From Octopus sinensis (taxonomy: Eukaryota): a DNA stretch of 64,000 nt. Shown piece after piece: positions 11,021-24,479 of the stretch (position 1 is its first letter; every line of letters begins with the position of its first letter). The notes below the pieces were generated by a model. That model was not told the origin of the DNA. It did not search any database and saw nothing but the letters and a program-made list of their open reading frames with translations. A program made the position numbers and the translations under genes. The DNA lies in NCBI RefSeq assembly GCF_006345805.1, contig NC_043003.1:88908001-88972000 (forward strand), read 5' to 3'.

Positions 11021-11779
11021 CATACATACATACATATAAAAAAAATACATATGTACATACATATACATACGTAAGCAAAGCATACATACTATTCACATGC
11101 GCAAAATACATTACTGAATACCATTGAACAATATATTACATTGGATATACCATGTGTCGTATACTTACGTAAATACATTATAATGTATATACACTACTAT
11201 GTTTATTAGTAACAACAATATTATTGCTTTAACGATAATCTTCAACTGATTATACATACTATAATAATGTCTACTAACATATAAAAAATTCACGATACAA
11301 GGTTCAATATATATATATTCATACATATACATATATATACATGCGCATACAAATTATATGCGTATAAGTATATAAATCAGACAATCATAATATAGTTATA
11401 ACTTTATACATCCACGTAACACGAAGAAATACAATTATAAAATCCAAAAGAGTAATTCCAAACTTTATGTCAAAGCTGAATTTAATCCACAATGTTTATG
11501 CTTCTATTTTATGCATATTAAAGATTTTAAAAAATATATTGGGGGTTAGGGAGCTGTCATTTTAAATCATAAGCTATTTAAAGTTGGCTAATTCGTTTGA
11601 ACTTATCCGCTTGATCTGTTGTAAGCAATAAGAGGTCAGATTATTAGTTAAATAAATCATATTAGTTTATCTAAACTAAATAAATTGTTATATAAAAGTC
11701 CATTCATTTATATGCTAAGACTTGGATAGATATTTACTAAAAAAACAGAGAACTATATCTTCAATCATATTTTATACCT

Positions 11780-12493
11780 TTAAAATGCATTTGTACTCAC
11801 ATATATAGCTATGCATACGTAAACAAATAAACATACGTTGGACACTGTAAACGTACATCCAATGAAATAGATATAAACATACGTGGAATTGAGTACCTCT
11901 ATTGGATAGTTGATGACGTCCTCTGGGTCAGGAGTTGTATCGATAGACTTATATACATAGACTTCCCCAGGAATGAGTTTTAGCATTTCATCATTAATAT
12001 GGTGAACAATTTTATTCCTCGGGGCCAGTATAGCCTTTTTGCCAATCCAATCCATATTCTGATAATTAGCTTGTAGATCTGGGAACACTGCATCTCTGAG
12101 ATCAGAAGGCGTCTTAACAATGGTACAAATGGAATCGATGGCAATATTACCATTTTCATCCCCTGGTATTTTGCCTTCGCCAAGTGCAAGGAGGGTGTGA
12201 GGAAATGCTGGTGATGTGATATTACGTCGCATATGAGCACGCATATTGGTGTGAAGTTTGAGAGTTACTTCCCTTTATTGAAAAAAATATGCATTAAAAT
12301 GGAAAAAAATGATGGTAAATTATTTGTAAAATCATAGACTCATCGTAGACGTGCGCTAATACCCAGAAGGGCTCGATATGAATCACGACTATAAGATACC
12401 CGGTTTTGGTTAAACTGCATCGCAAAATGTGGGAGTAGTTAGGAATCTAAATCGGAGTAGACAGACACACAACCTTTCTTTTATATATAAATA
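11780..12493 (-). mobile_element. Helitron derivative: type 1 5' end fused to a helicase C-terminal fragment
   Basis: 12260-12493 matches the 5' end of 4833/32457/49949; it is followed in frame by VTLKLHTNMRAH...KKAILAPRN...YKSIDT (PIF1). Confidence 0.85.
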
Positions 12494-12494
12494 T

Positions 12495-13655
12495 TTTCGT
12501 CCTAAAAAACTTTGTATGGATTGAATGGTTACCTCTATGGAAATATATACATGCACATTATACATACATATGTGTATAGATGAATATATAAATACATTTA
12601 AATATCTATATACACTTTTGGGCGATCTTTCTGTTTCTTAGAGATTACTTTAGATCTTATTTTCGTCCTAAAAAACTTTATATGGAGTGAATGGTTACCT
12701 CTATGGAAATATATATACACACACGTTATACATACATGTGTGCATAGATGAATATATAAATACATTTATATATCTATATACACTTTTGGGCGATCTTTGT
12801 GCTACTTAGAGATAACTTTAGATCTTATTTTCGTCCGGAAAAACTTTGTGCGGAGTGAATGGTTACGTCTATGGAAATATATACACACACATTATACATA
12901 CATCTGTGTATAGATGAATATATAAATACATTTAAATATCTATATACACTTTTCGGCGATCTTTCTGCTACTTGTATATACTTTAGATCTTATATTCGTC
13001 CTAAAAAACTTAGTATGGAGTGAAAGGTTACCTCTATGGAAATATATACACACACATTATACATACATCTGTGTATAGATGAATATATAAATACATTTAA
13101 ATATCTATATACATTTTTGGGCGATCTTTCTGTTACTTGGATATAGGTCTTATATTCGTCCTAAAAAACTTTGTATGGAGTGAAAGGTTACCTCTATGGA
13201 AATATATACACACACATTATACATACATCTGTGTATAGATGAATATATAATACATTTAAATATCTATATACACTTTTCGGCGATCTTTCTGCTACTTGTA
13301 TATACTTTAGATCTTATATTCGTCCTAAAAAACTTAGTATGGAGTGAAAGGTTACCTCTATGGAAATATATACACACACATTATACATACATCTGTGTAT
13401 AGATGAATATATAAATACATTTAAATATCTATATACATTTTTGGGCGATCTTTCTGTTACTTGGATATAGGTCTTATATTCGTCCTAAAAAACTTTGTAT
13501 GGAGTGAAAGGTTACCTCTATGGAAATATATACACACACATTATACATACATCTGTGTATAGATGAATATATAAATACATTTAAATATCTATATACACTT
13601 TTGGGCGATCTTTCTGTTACTTGGATATAGGTCTTATATTCGTCCTAAAAAACTT
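12495..13655. repeat. ~160-168 bp tandem satellite, about 7 units
   Basis: CGTCC(T/G) anchor at 12498, 12664, 12832, 12997, 13157, 13321, 13481, 13641. Confidence 0.95.
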
Positions 13656-13659
13656 TCCT

Positions 13660-14090
13660 GTCACACACTCACGCACACACACACACACACACCCTCACAC
13701 ACGCACACACACTCACACACACGCACACACACACGTTAGCTTACAATTTTATTTATATATTTGCGTGTCTATGTGTGTAAAGAGGAAGTGGCAGAGTGAA
13801 AGAGTCACTCAGTACAAAAAGTGAATTACTTTCACTTTATTCGTTGCACACTGTGCGTGTGCGTGTGGTGTAGGCCACACTAAGAGAAGCATTTGACTTA
13901 GACACCAGAATGTGAGTTTTCTGTAAATTTTGCTTAATTGGGGTTGAAATTTTAAAAACTGGACCTGGCACGACCCGATGCATTCTACTCTTAAAAATGC
14001 TAGGTAAATTGTAATTGAAGAAATCCTATATTGTAGATTTCTATAAGATACAAAGGGAGGCAGATAAAATCTGCCTTTTATAATAAGAGA
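13660..14090 (-). mobile_element. Non-autonomous Helitron 5' part (type 3)
   Basis: Minus A|TCTCTTATTATAAAAGGCAGATTTTATCTGCCTCCC start; homologous to 30978 onward. Confidence 0.8.
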
Positions 14091-14109
14091 TATACGTACT
14101 TATCAATTT

Positions 14110-15395
14110 CCACATACACCAGCATACAATGAATCCACGTGACCCAACATTGACCCAAGCCTCCATCCCATCATGAAATGATTTAATTATAGATACAAAG
14201 TGATCCGGACATCCAAGTTTGCCAAGTATTTTCCATAGAAAGGCCCTATTTACAGTATCAAAGGCCTTTATTAAATCAACGAATACTTGGACAAGATCCA
14301 TATTCTGCTCATAGCACTTCTCCTGCATCTGTCTTGCTGTGAAAATCATATCCATTGTCCCTCTACCAGATCGGGAGCCACATTGAGATTCAGATAGGAC
14401 ATCATTTACAAGACACCCATTCAGACGGGTAAGAAGAATATTTGCCAGAACCTTGCCAGCAGCTGATAGTAGAGCAATACCTCTGTAGTTACCACACATT
14501 GTTCTGGCTCCTTTTCCTTTATATAGAGGAAGAATAATTGCATCCTTCCAGTCCTTAGGGATTGCACCATCCCTCCAGACTGCACTAATAAGTTCATGAA
14601 GGGACTGTGTGATGTAATTACCACCAAATCGCAAGACCTCAGCACAAATTCCATCCTTTCCAGGTGCCTTACCAAGATTCAATTTACTTATTGATGTCAT
14701 TACTTCATCTATTGAGGGCGGGGAGTCGAAGGAGCCAATGATAGGTCTTTGTTGCATAGTATCAATCACTATTTCATCCACAACTGACTCATGGTTTAGG
14801 AGTTCAGAGAAGTGTTCGATCCAGTGACCTGTGATTTCTGTTGATTTAGTAAAATGAGTGGAAGACTCCTTGGGAAGCAAAGGAGCTGATGTGGAGCTCT
14901 TAGGTCCATAAGCTCGCTTCATAAGATGGTAAAGCTTCTTGCTGTCATTTGCATCAGCAGCAGCCTGAACATCACGAGCAAGATCCTCCCACTAAGTGTT
15001 CTGCATCTTCCTGAGAGATCGCTGCAGTAGTGATTTTACACTGTTATAGTGGGAAAATGCTAGACTTCGCTGCACAGTAGACAGTTCTCTGTGCAGCAAC
15101 ACACTGTGGGCATGGTGCTTTACCACAAATAGTCGCTGAATTTCAGCATCATTCTCATCAAACCAGTCTCTGTGTCTGGCAGTAACATACACCAGTGTTT
15201 CGGCTGCACATTGAACAACCTGGTCTCGAAAATTTTCCCATGCTGCAGCAGTTTCAATGTTGGACAAGCGAGTCTGAAACTCTTTCCTAACCACAACATC
15301 ATATACTTTGTGGACATTTAGACGGCGAAGAATGCTGACTGGTCCTCTTCTCTCTTTCGCCCTAATCACCATTCGGGACTTTGCCTGCACCAGCA
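14110..15395 (-). pseudogene. RTE (BovB-like) LINE ORF2 fragment
   Basis: WRDWFDEN-like RHRDWFDEND, KAPGKDGI, NYRGIALLS, ESQCG.R.GRGT.DMIF, FVDLIKAFDTVNR, GCPDHF. Contains stops; truncated on both sides. Confidence 0.9.
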
Positions 15396-15409
15396 TTCTG
15401 TATATATAT

Positions 15410-15450
<41 letters not shown>

Positions 15451-15456
15451 GTATAA

Positions 15457-15503
<47 letters not shown>

Positions 15504-15566
15504 GTATAAATATATATAAATATATATATATATATAATATATATATGTGTGTGTGTGTGTATAAAT

Positions 15567-15606
<40 letters not shown>

Positions 15607-15779
15607 ATAAATATGTATATATATATATGTATATATGTATATGTGTATATATATATATATTATATATATATATATGATATATGTAACAGTTAAGCTTCGT
15701 GCAATGGCCATAGTCGATAACGAGGGGGCAGCCATAATAATATATATATATATGTGTATAAATATATATATATATACTT

Positions 15780-16146
15780 GAGTCAAGTACGTCAACATGA
15801 AAATAAAAATCAATGGAAATTGTAGTTATGATACCTGTGCTGCAGGCACATAAAAAGCACCATCTGAACGTGGCTGATGCCAGCCCCGCCTGACTGGCGT
15901 CCGTGTCGGTGACACGTAAAAAGCACCAGCCGATTGTGACCGTTGCCAGCCTCCTCTGACACCTTTGCTGGTGGCACGTATAAAGCACCCACTACACTTA
16001 CAGAGTGGCTGGCGTTTGGAAGGGCATCCAGCTGTAGAAACACTGCCAGATCAGAGTGGAGCCTAGTACAGCCTCCTGGCTTCCCAGACCCTGGTCAAAC
16101 CATCCAACCCATGCTAGCATGGAAAACTAACGTTAAACGATGATGA
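15780..16146 (+). mobile_element. RTE-type 3' UTR/tail copy
   Basis: Three CACRTAAAAAGCAC motifs, CCATGCTAGCATGG, GTTAAACGATGATG. Confidence 0.85.
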
Positions 16147-16255
16147 TATATATATATATATATATACAAATATATATGAGTTTTCCAGACCTTATACTGT
16201 AATTTGATGAATAATTTCATAAAAGTCATGAAACTAACATTTATTTTTCCTTTCA

Positions 16256-18401
16256 TCATCATCATCATTTAGCATCCGCTTTCCATGCTAGTATAGGTTG
16301 AACGATTTGACTGAGGACTGGGAAACCAGATGGCTGCACCAGGCCCCAATCTTGATCTGGCAGAGTTTCTACAGCTGGATGCCCTCCCTAACGCCAACCA
16401 CTCCAAGAGTGTAGTGGGTGCTTTTACGTGACGCTGGCATGAGGGCAAGTCAGGTGGTACTGGCAACAGTCATGCTCAAATGATGTTTTTTACCTGCCAC
16501 CTGCACAGGAGCCAGTCCAGCGGCACTGGCAATGACCTTGCTTGAATGTTTTTTCATGTGGCATCGGCACAAGTGCCAGTAAGGTGACGCTGGTAACGAT
16601 CACTCTCGAATGGTGCTTTTTACGTGCCACCGGCATGGAAGCCAGTTAGCCGTTCTGGCAACGATCACGCTTGGATGGTGCTCTTAGCGCTCCACTAGCA
16701 CAAATGCCAGTCATCGAATTTGATTTCGATTTCACTTGCCTCAACAGGTCTTCACACGCAGAGTTTAGTGTCCAATGAAGGAAAGGTAAGTATAAGTGGG
16801 CTGGTTACACCCCTTGCATAGGCCACGAGGTTATGATCTCACTTGGCTTGCCGAGTCTTCTCAAGCACAACATATTTCCAAAGGTCCTGGTCATTAGTCA
16901 TTACCTCGTTCGAAAGTCATGCTTCACCACCTCATCCCAGGTCTTCCTGAGTCTACCTCTTCCACAGGTTCCCTCAACCGCTAGGGTGTGGCACTTTTTT
17001 ACACAGCTATCTTCATCTATTCTCGCCACATGACCATACCAGTGCAGTCATCTCTCTTGCACACCACATCTGATGCTTCTTAGGTCCAACTTTTCTCTCA
17101 AGGTACTTACACTCTGTCAAGTATGCACACTGACATTACACATCCATCGGATCATACTGGCTTCATTCCTTGTGGGCTTACACATGTCCTCAGCAGTCAT
17201 GGCTCATGTTTCACTGCCTGAAACTTCTCCTCGAGTTTTGAAAGTGACTCAGCAATTAAAGCAAGATCGTCAGCATAAAGGAGCTCCCAGGGGCATCATG
17301 TCTTGAATTCCTCTGTTATTGCCTGGAGGACAATGATAAATAGGAGGGAGCTGAGGACTGAACCTTGGTGGACCCCTACCTACACCTGGAATTCTTCACT
17401 GTACTCGTTGCCAACCCTCACCTTACTGACAGCGTCCCTGTACATGGCTTGCACAGCTCTCACTAACCATTCATCTATCCTTAGTTTCCTCATTGACCAC
17501 CAGATAAGGGATCGGGGGACCCTGTCAAAGTCTTTTTCCATGTTAACGAAAGCCAGGTACAGAGGTTTATCTTTGGCTAGCTGTCTTACCAGAAATATAG
17601 CATCAGTGGTGCTTTTCCCTGGCATGAACCCAAACTGCATATCATCTAAACTGACTCCCTCCATAATTAGTTGGGCTATGACCCTCTCCGTGACCTTCAT
17701 TACCTGATCCAGCAACTTGATACCTCTGTAATTATTTGTATCTAAAACATCACCTTTAACTTTGTAGCAGTTGGCTATGGTTCTGCTACACCAGTCATTG
17801 GGTATGACTCCTTTGTGTATCACCTGGTTAACTATACGGGTGACTAGGCTATAGCTGACACTGCCAGATATTTTGAGCATCATATTTTGACACTGCCAGA
17901 TATTTTGAACATCTCCTGATGGGCCGGGGGCTTTCCCTGTCTTCATACTCTTACTTGCTTTATCTGCCAAGGTACTGTCAGCATGGATAGCCGGTCCCTC
18001 TGTTGGGTCGACATTCAGCAGACTCTCTTTCTCCCATTCATTTTTTTTATTGAGCAACCTTTCATAGTGGTGTCTCCAAACCTCTCTCTTTGCAGCCTCA
18101 TTTAGTGCAAGTGAACGATCATCCATGCGGACACATTTCTCTCCTACAACATCACGATTCTCTCTCACACACTGTCTTGTAACACGGAATACCTCAAGTC
18201 TTTCGTCCTCATGGTGCAGAACATTAGCAAATTTTTTCTTATCTGTTTCCCCTCTGGCTAAATATACCTGCCTCCTAGCTTCCCTTCTAGCAGTCTGATA
18301 CAATTCCCTGCTACCACCGTTCTTCCAGTCCTTCCAAGCCTCTTTCTTTTCTCTAATAGCCCTATCAACAACATTATTCCACCACCATGTTATTTTGGGC
18401 C
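16256..18401 (-). mobile_element. RTE LINE copy 2 (degenerate, internally deleted), inverted relative to copy 1
   Basis: ORF 17380-18303 aligns by eye with ORF 29-1894; (ATC)n tail at 16256-16268; PHD region missing. Confidence 0.92.
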
Positions 18402-18914
18402 AAAAATGTCACCCCCGACTTAAGAAATGTATCACCACTTTTAACCCAAATTATTCAAAATTCTAGGTGTGTTCATAATGCTTGCTCAAGTCTTTGCCAA
18501 ACCTTGTGTGCTGATTCGATGCAATGCAGAAATAGTATCTCTGAAATTTCAGCTTTCTAGTTGAAGTAGTTTCTGAGTGATGGGTTTTTTAAACTATAAT
18601 CACCAAGTGGCACTATATTCACATTTCAGTATTTCCACTGCCTAAATCCTTGTAAATGCAAGAGAGATGTGGAATAAAAGTGTATTTATACATTTTTAAG
18701 ATTACTGAATTGATATTGCTCTATGCAAAGGTTGAATTCTAGGCTATGTTAAGACAGAGGTCACTAAAAGCATTCAATAATATACAGTATAAAAAGCAAT
18801 ACATATTTTTAACTTAATTCCAATTTTAAATAACTGTATAAGAAAAGGGTGCTGAATGTTAGTAAATTTTTAAACATAACAAAGAATTAATGTTTTGTTA
18901 GATAAAATAAATCA

Positions 18915-19195
18915 AAGCTGAAGTTCTTCCCTCCCCAGAATATTCCCCAGACCTTTCTCCTACTGACTACCACTTTTTCAAGCATCTTGATGGTTTCCTG
19001 CAAGAGAAGGAGTTCAGAAATCCAACAGAACTCCGGATTTTTATGTTACCGGAATAAACAAACTTGTAACTCATTGGCAAAAATGTGTTGACTGTAATGG
19101 TACTTACTTCGATGAATAAAATTTCTGCATTGTTGAAATATATTTTGATGAATTTCATGTTTCAAATAGTTGCTTACTTTTTACTCAGCCTGATA
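18915..19195 (+). pseudogene. mariner transposase C-terminal remnant
   Basis: EVLPSPEYSPDLSPTDYHFFKHL...GINKLVTHWQKCVDCNGTYFDE* (YSPDL motif). Confidence 0.85.
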
Positions 19196-19199
19196 TATA

Positions 19200-19390
19200 T
19201 CCAGATTACAAATTTGCATTTATACCAATAATAATTGGAGCACTTTGGTTTTGTAAGTAAATACATAATTGTCAGTCTGGATAAGCTTAGATTTTCAGAA
19301 AAAGATATCAACCAGCTGACTCACACATTACAAATACAATCTGTAAGTGAAACAGTAAAAATATGCAAGACTTTTCTCAGGCTTAAAATG
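19200..19390 (+). pseudogene. 3' end of an RLE-type non-LTR retrotransposon
   Basis: PDYKFAFIPIIIGAL...LQIQSVSETVKICKTF is similar to the C-terminus at 40945-41130. Confidence 0.6.
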
Positions 19391-19572
19391 TAACATTGTT
19401 TTCATTATCTACATTCCAAAGATGGAGCTTTGTAACTTTGTTAGAAACAAAGCTCCTTCTTCAGAGGAACAATTTAAATGATTAAATACAGAAGTGACAT
19501 AAACAGAGAGAGAGAGAGACAGAGAGGCATGCATGTATGCATTCATTTATTCATTCATTTTTTTCTTTGCAG

Positions 19573-19684
19573 AGAGTTCCTTCAACATCATCCGAAACTG
19601 AAATTCCTTGGCCTTTCTCTTACAGTAGCATGCCAATTTAGTGTGATAGCCTCATCAAAATGTTTACATGGGACTCCTATTGTG
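19573..19684 (+). CDS. ZYG11B: zyg-11 family gene, first visible coding exon (xEFLQHHPKLKFLGLSLTVACQFSVIASSKCLHGTPIV)
   Basis: ttttctttgcag acceptor and GTAAGA donor. Resembles the end of the LRR region of ZYG11 and joins in phase 0 to the next exon. Confidence 0.75.
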
Positions 19685-21059
19685 GTAAGAATTTATGAAT
19701 TACCATCTCTTTTTATTTAAGCAAGGTCAGTGAGTGACAGAATCTACAGAGTGATAGACAAAATGCTTTGCACTATTTAGTTACATTTGTTTTCCATTCT
19801 GTGTTTTAATTCCAACTTTTATCCTTTTAAAGCCTAATAAGTAACTCCATCACTTAAATAGCCTTCTACCTATTAGTTTTATGATATTTGAATAGTGTTG
19901 TGACAGATATGGTAGAATGCTAAATGTCTTGATATTTTTTGTCCCATTATACTCTGAGTTCAAATTTTCTCAGAACTGACTTCACCTTTTATACTCTTAT
20001 TTCCACCTAAGGTCTTCATCATACTCTTATTTCCACGTACTCCCTATAGAGCAGAAGTTCTCAAACTTTTTGCCCCCCGCCCCTCATGGCCACATAATGC
20101 CCTCAATGCCCCCCACCCCTATTTTTATGTATTAATAAATATTTCATATTTTACTAATTTATATATATTATGAATCATTTGATATTTAATATAATATTAT
20201 ATAATTTGTATGCAATGCTATAAATAATATTATAAATTCATAGTCTCCCCCAATCCACTGCCTTCCTCCCAATGCCTCATTCTCTACCTGGTTGCCAACT
20301 CTGTCATGAGCATGCACCCTGGTCAGGCTTATATCTGCCAGCTCCTCCTCAGTCCTCAATCTCGTCTTTACATGTCTGTTTCACCTCCTATCTGGTTTCT
20401 TGTCCCCTATCTGGTTTCTTGTTTAGAGATGCTCTTACTGGTCCCTTTATGGGATTGTGTAGCACATGGTTAAGTATCTTTGGCCATCTCATGGTAATAG
20501 CTTACTGTATGTTATTCAGTCTGACCCTGTCCATGACCTCTCACTTGTGATATGGCTATCACAAGAAGTTCTTATTATAGTCCTAAGGTATGTTAAAGAC
20601 GTCTCTGTCTTCATTTTTAACAGCGGTGGTGCCCCAGCATGGCCACGGCCTTCAGGCTGAAACATTTTAAAGGATTTTAAGGATTTGTTATATAAATTCT
20701 GCTTGTCTTTCACATCTGAAGGGATAATTAGTAGGGATCCAGGCACTATACCATCTAAGGTAGGAGGTGAATAGAAATGGATGTGTAGGGGGTTTTCAAG
20801 CTTGTTTGGAGAGCAGTAGATGAGGGAATGGGAAGCAAATCATGAGTTGGGGAAGGTAGAGGAATGCGGAAGAATGTAGGGGGGATAGTGACTTGATAGT
20901 AATGACAATACAGTTGAGAAGAGGGAAAGAGAGAGAGAGCGAGAGCAATGACATGGTTGGGTAGGCTGCAGGAGCAGAGAGGCAAGCATAGGGCATGATG
21001 AGAGATAATTTACTTCAGTGGGAGGGAAGATGAATCCCTGAAATCAGTACCTTCACCAT

Positions 21060-23560
21060 TTCATTCTGTGTCTTCTTGAGACTCCCTCTTCCATAGGTTC
21101 CACCACAGTAAGCAACTGGTACTTCTTTATACAGCTGTCCTCATCTGTATGCATCACATGCCCCTATCAGTGCTGTCTTCCTTCTTGCACACTGACTTCA
21201 ATTATGTCCAGTTTCTATTATGTTCAGTTTCTCTCTTAGCACATATTATGTCATTTATGCACACTTGTATTGCACATCCAGTGGAATGTGCTTACTTCAT
21301 TTCTTTGAAATCTTCTCAAGTCCTCTGCATTCAAGATCCATGTCTCTACCATACAGCATCACAGTTCAAACACAAACATAAGCAATCTACTCTTCACTTT
21401 GTGGAAAAGGCCTTTGGCTGCCAATGGTTATAGTTTACTAAACTTTTTCCTACCCATTCTTTCCTATAATATCTCCTTGATAACAAAAGCTATCATCTGT
21501 CTATCTGGGCAAGCAAGTGAGTCTGTTTTCAGTGTGTTCATTTTATGTACTGTTCTAGTATATCTATTACATATGAAGCTTATGTTCTCTGCTAGTCTGT
21601 CTGTGATTCCACCATGTTTCTTATGTGTCCACAGCTTACATCGAGTATAATGTATAAGGAGTTTATATTTACTCCTTTTCTGCATATTGAGCAAGGCTAT
21701 GTCCCTATAGGTACCAGGGTCCTGTCTTCTTTCCTACTTATTAAAACCTTCATCTTTGCTAAGTTTATCTTAAGACCTCTCAATTCTAGGCTTAGCTTGA
21801 ATGCTCACAATTACCTCTCCAGTCCCACCAGCCATGAGAACTAGATCATCAGCATACAAGAATTCTTATGGATAGCCAGTCTTAGACTCTTCTGTGATGA
21901 CTCGTAGAATTTGATGAATAGGTAGGGACTGAGGCATGATGGACTCCAACCTTCATACTAAATTCATCATTGGTGTCGTTCTTGACTCTCACTTTACTTA
22001 TTGCATACAGGGTGACCCAAAATTTACTAGACCATTTTAAAAGATAACTTTTTAACAATTATTGTTTTCAGTTCTTTTATTTCAGATTATTGACTTGTAA
22101 TTCTTGGAAAATAATCATGGAGAAATTCACAACATAGCAATGAGTAAAAGTAATAAAATTTTATCTAAACATCAACGATCAATTGTGTTAATTCAAAGAC
22201 TTACATTTATCATTTTGGGGTCAGACACCCACTATTTAAACAAGTGATACTTAACTTATTCCAGCAGGAGCTGTGATTGATTTAACACTTGTTAGCAGGC
22301 CATTTTCAGAGAGGTCTCACTACAACATTCAGCATATACAGTAGAACATTGATGAAGAGCCTTCAGCATCAACCTAAGGGTAGTCCCAATAGCTTGGCAT
22401 AACTCAGAGCTCACTACACAGGATTCAAAGGATGCTGGATTTATTCCTGTATAAGGTGCCACTAGTGCAAGAACTAAAGCCAGTAGATTATCAGGTATGA
22501 GTAGTTATGCTGCCCAAATCCAAGAATTGGCAATACAAAAAAATGATTTCCTTCACAACTGTTTTATCGGTGACGAGGCCCCTTTAATCTGAACAGCTTT
22601 GTCAATAAACGAAGTATCCAATTTGCAGTGACAGAAACCCAAGAATAATCAACCAAATTGAGCTGCACTCTGTAACAATAATGGTTTGGTGTGGGATAAA
22701 TGCAGAAAGAGTTCATGGTCTTTACTTCTTTGAAGTTGAAGCAGAAAACACACTAACCATCACAGGAAAGAGGTATCAGGACATGCTAGAACATTTTGTG
22801 TCCTGCAATTGAGAACACCAGAAGTATGATGGCAGCAAGATGGGGCTACTGCCCATACAATTTGCTTGATGACGGAGTTCTTGATGTGAAATTTTGGAAG
22901 GAGGATAATTTCGAGAAACTCTAAATTCAGTTGGCCTTGCTATAATAGCTCCAGGCATTTTCTTGAGGGGATATCTGAAAGACAGTGCTTACCATGACCA
23001 ACCTTGGACCACCCAGCAATTTAAGGCTAACATCTATGACAAAATTAAAGGACTAAACCAAGAAATGTTAGGAATGGCGATGGAATGCTCTTCAGAAAGA
23101 ACCTGCCCTTGTCAAGGACAAAATGGTTGCCATTTGAAGGATGTAATTTTCAAAACTAATTAAAAATGCTTTCCAAGAAGTGTATTTTATTGTTTATAAA
23201 ATTATATATTTGAATATTTAATAACAGGGTTGTTATATTTTGAAATGGTCAAGTGTCTTTTGGGCCACCCTGTACAAGCCATTTGTCGACATCTAGTCTT
23301 CTTAGTGACCACCAGATTACTGTGTGTGTTGTTCCCTATCAAATGCCTTCTCCAATTCAATGAAAGCTGAGAATAATGGTTTACTCTTAGCCAGGTATTT
23401 CTGCTGCAGTTGTCTCTTTAGAAAGACTGTATTTGTCATACTTCTTCCCTGCATGAAACTAAACTACATCTTATGTAGGCCTACCCTGACATGAATCAAC
23501 TATGTTATGACTGTCTCTATGACCTTCACAAACTTTTATATTTTTGGAGGAATCTTTGTT
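21060..23560 (-). pseudogene. RTE LINE copy 3, heavily decayed, split by a Tc1/mariner insertion
   Basis: YADDL and the PHD region (RCKLWTHKK) at 21440-21900; LQQKYLAKSKP..AFIELEKAFD at 23280-23560. Confidence 0.75.
22008..23272 (+). mobile_element. Tc1/mariner-superfamily DNA transposon, full length but decayed
   Basis: TA|CAGGGTGACCCAAAA ... TTTTGGGCCACCCTG|TA; remnants WCGI, QQDGA, FL(W)GYLKD, G.HL.DVIF. Confidence 0.88.
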
Positions 23561-23665
23561 AGTAGACATGCATTTGATGAAAAATGAAATTGTACCACAT
23601 CACACATTAACATCCCCTCCTTTAATTCTTAAAGTTTATTATGATGATGTTGATTTCATTTCAAG

Positions 23666-23806
23666 ATAACAGGTGAAGCCAATGAAATGCAGATATTGGA
23701 ATCACTTCGAAGGTATATATTGCGAGAGAAATACATCCAGAGATCACTTTACACATTGTTTAGCTTAACACAGAACTTAGAGAAGCCTCGCCAAGACATC
23801 ATTAAG
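23666..23806 (+). CDS. ZYG11B: zyg-11 exon (ITGEANEMQILESLRRYILREKYIQRSLYTLFSLTQNLEKPRQDIIK)
   Basis: GEANE.QI motif of ZYG11; AAG acceptor, GTATGT donor, 141 nt, phase 0/0. Confidence 0.9.
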
Positions 23807-24479
23807 GTATGTTGGTTTTCTGCTGTTTTCTTTTATACATACTCTTTTCTTTCTTTCTTTCTTATGTGTGTGCATTGTGTGTGTGTGTATGTGTGTGGGT
23901 GTATAGGCTTGTATAAATGTTTTTCTTAATAGTCTCTGAAAGACAATTTTGTAATTTCTTGTTGAACAGATGATTTATTTATAGTAATTAAATGTTTGTG
24001 CTGTACAGGTTCATGGTGTGCCACATATAGGATGTTGCTGTGATGTATGAATGAACATACTGATATTTATCATCAACCACGCCCCAGCCCTTGTTCATCA
24101 TTCACTATATTTATCTCTGTTCCCATTTCTAATCATCTGTCACCCTCCTCTCACACCCTAATTAACTTACCTTCTTCTCCTTCCTGCTGATCCACTGTCT
24201 ATATTCCCTTTTGTACTCACCTCTTTTGAGAATTACTCTGGCACCTTGCCATCACCATCTTTATATCCTCTATAGCAAAAAGCCTGTACTTGTCCCCCTA
24301 TCATATTTTAATCTTTCAACACACAAAATAAAGTAACCTCCCCATTTGTCATATGCATTTGTACTCAGGTGAGGGGACTTCTACTTTTCTTTTCCTAGTA
24401 CATTCTGTAAAGTGGCTGGCATTAGGAAAGGCACCCAAACTACAGAAACCATACCAAAGCTGTTATCTCCCCTACTTTC

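Noticed and set aside
12495-13655. CRISPR-like array
   Set aside because: Whole units repeat with no unique spacers, the context is eukaryotic, and no cas genes are present. It is a satellite.
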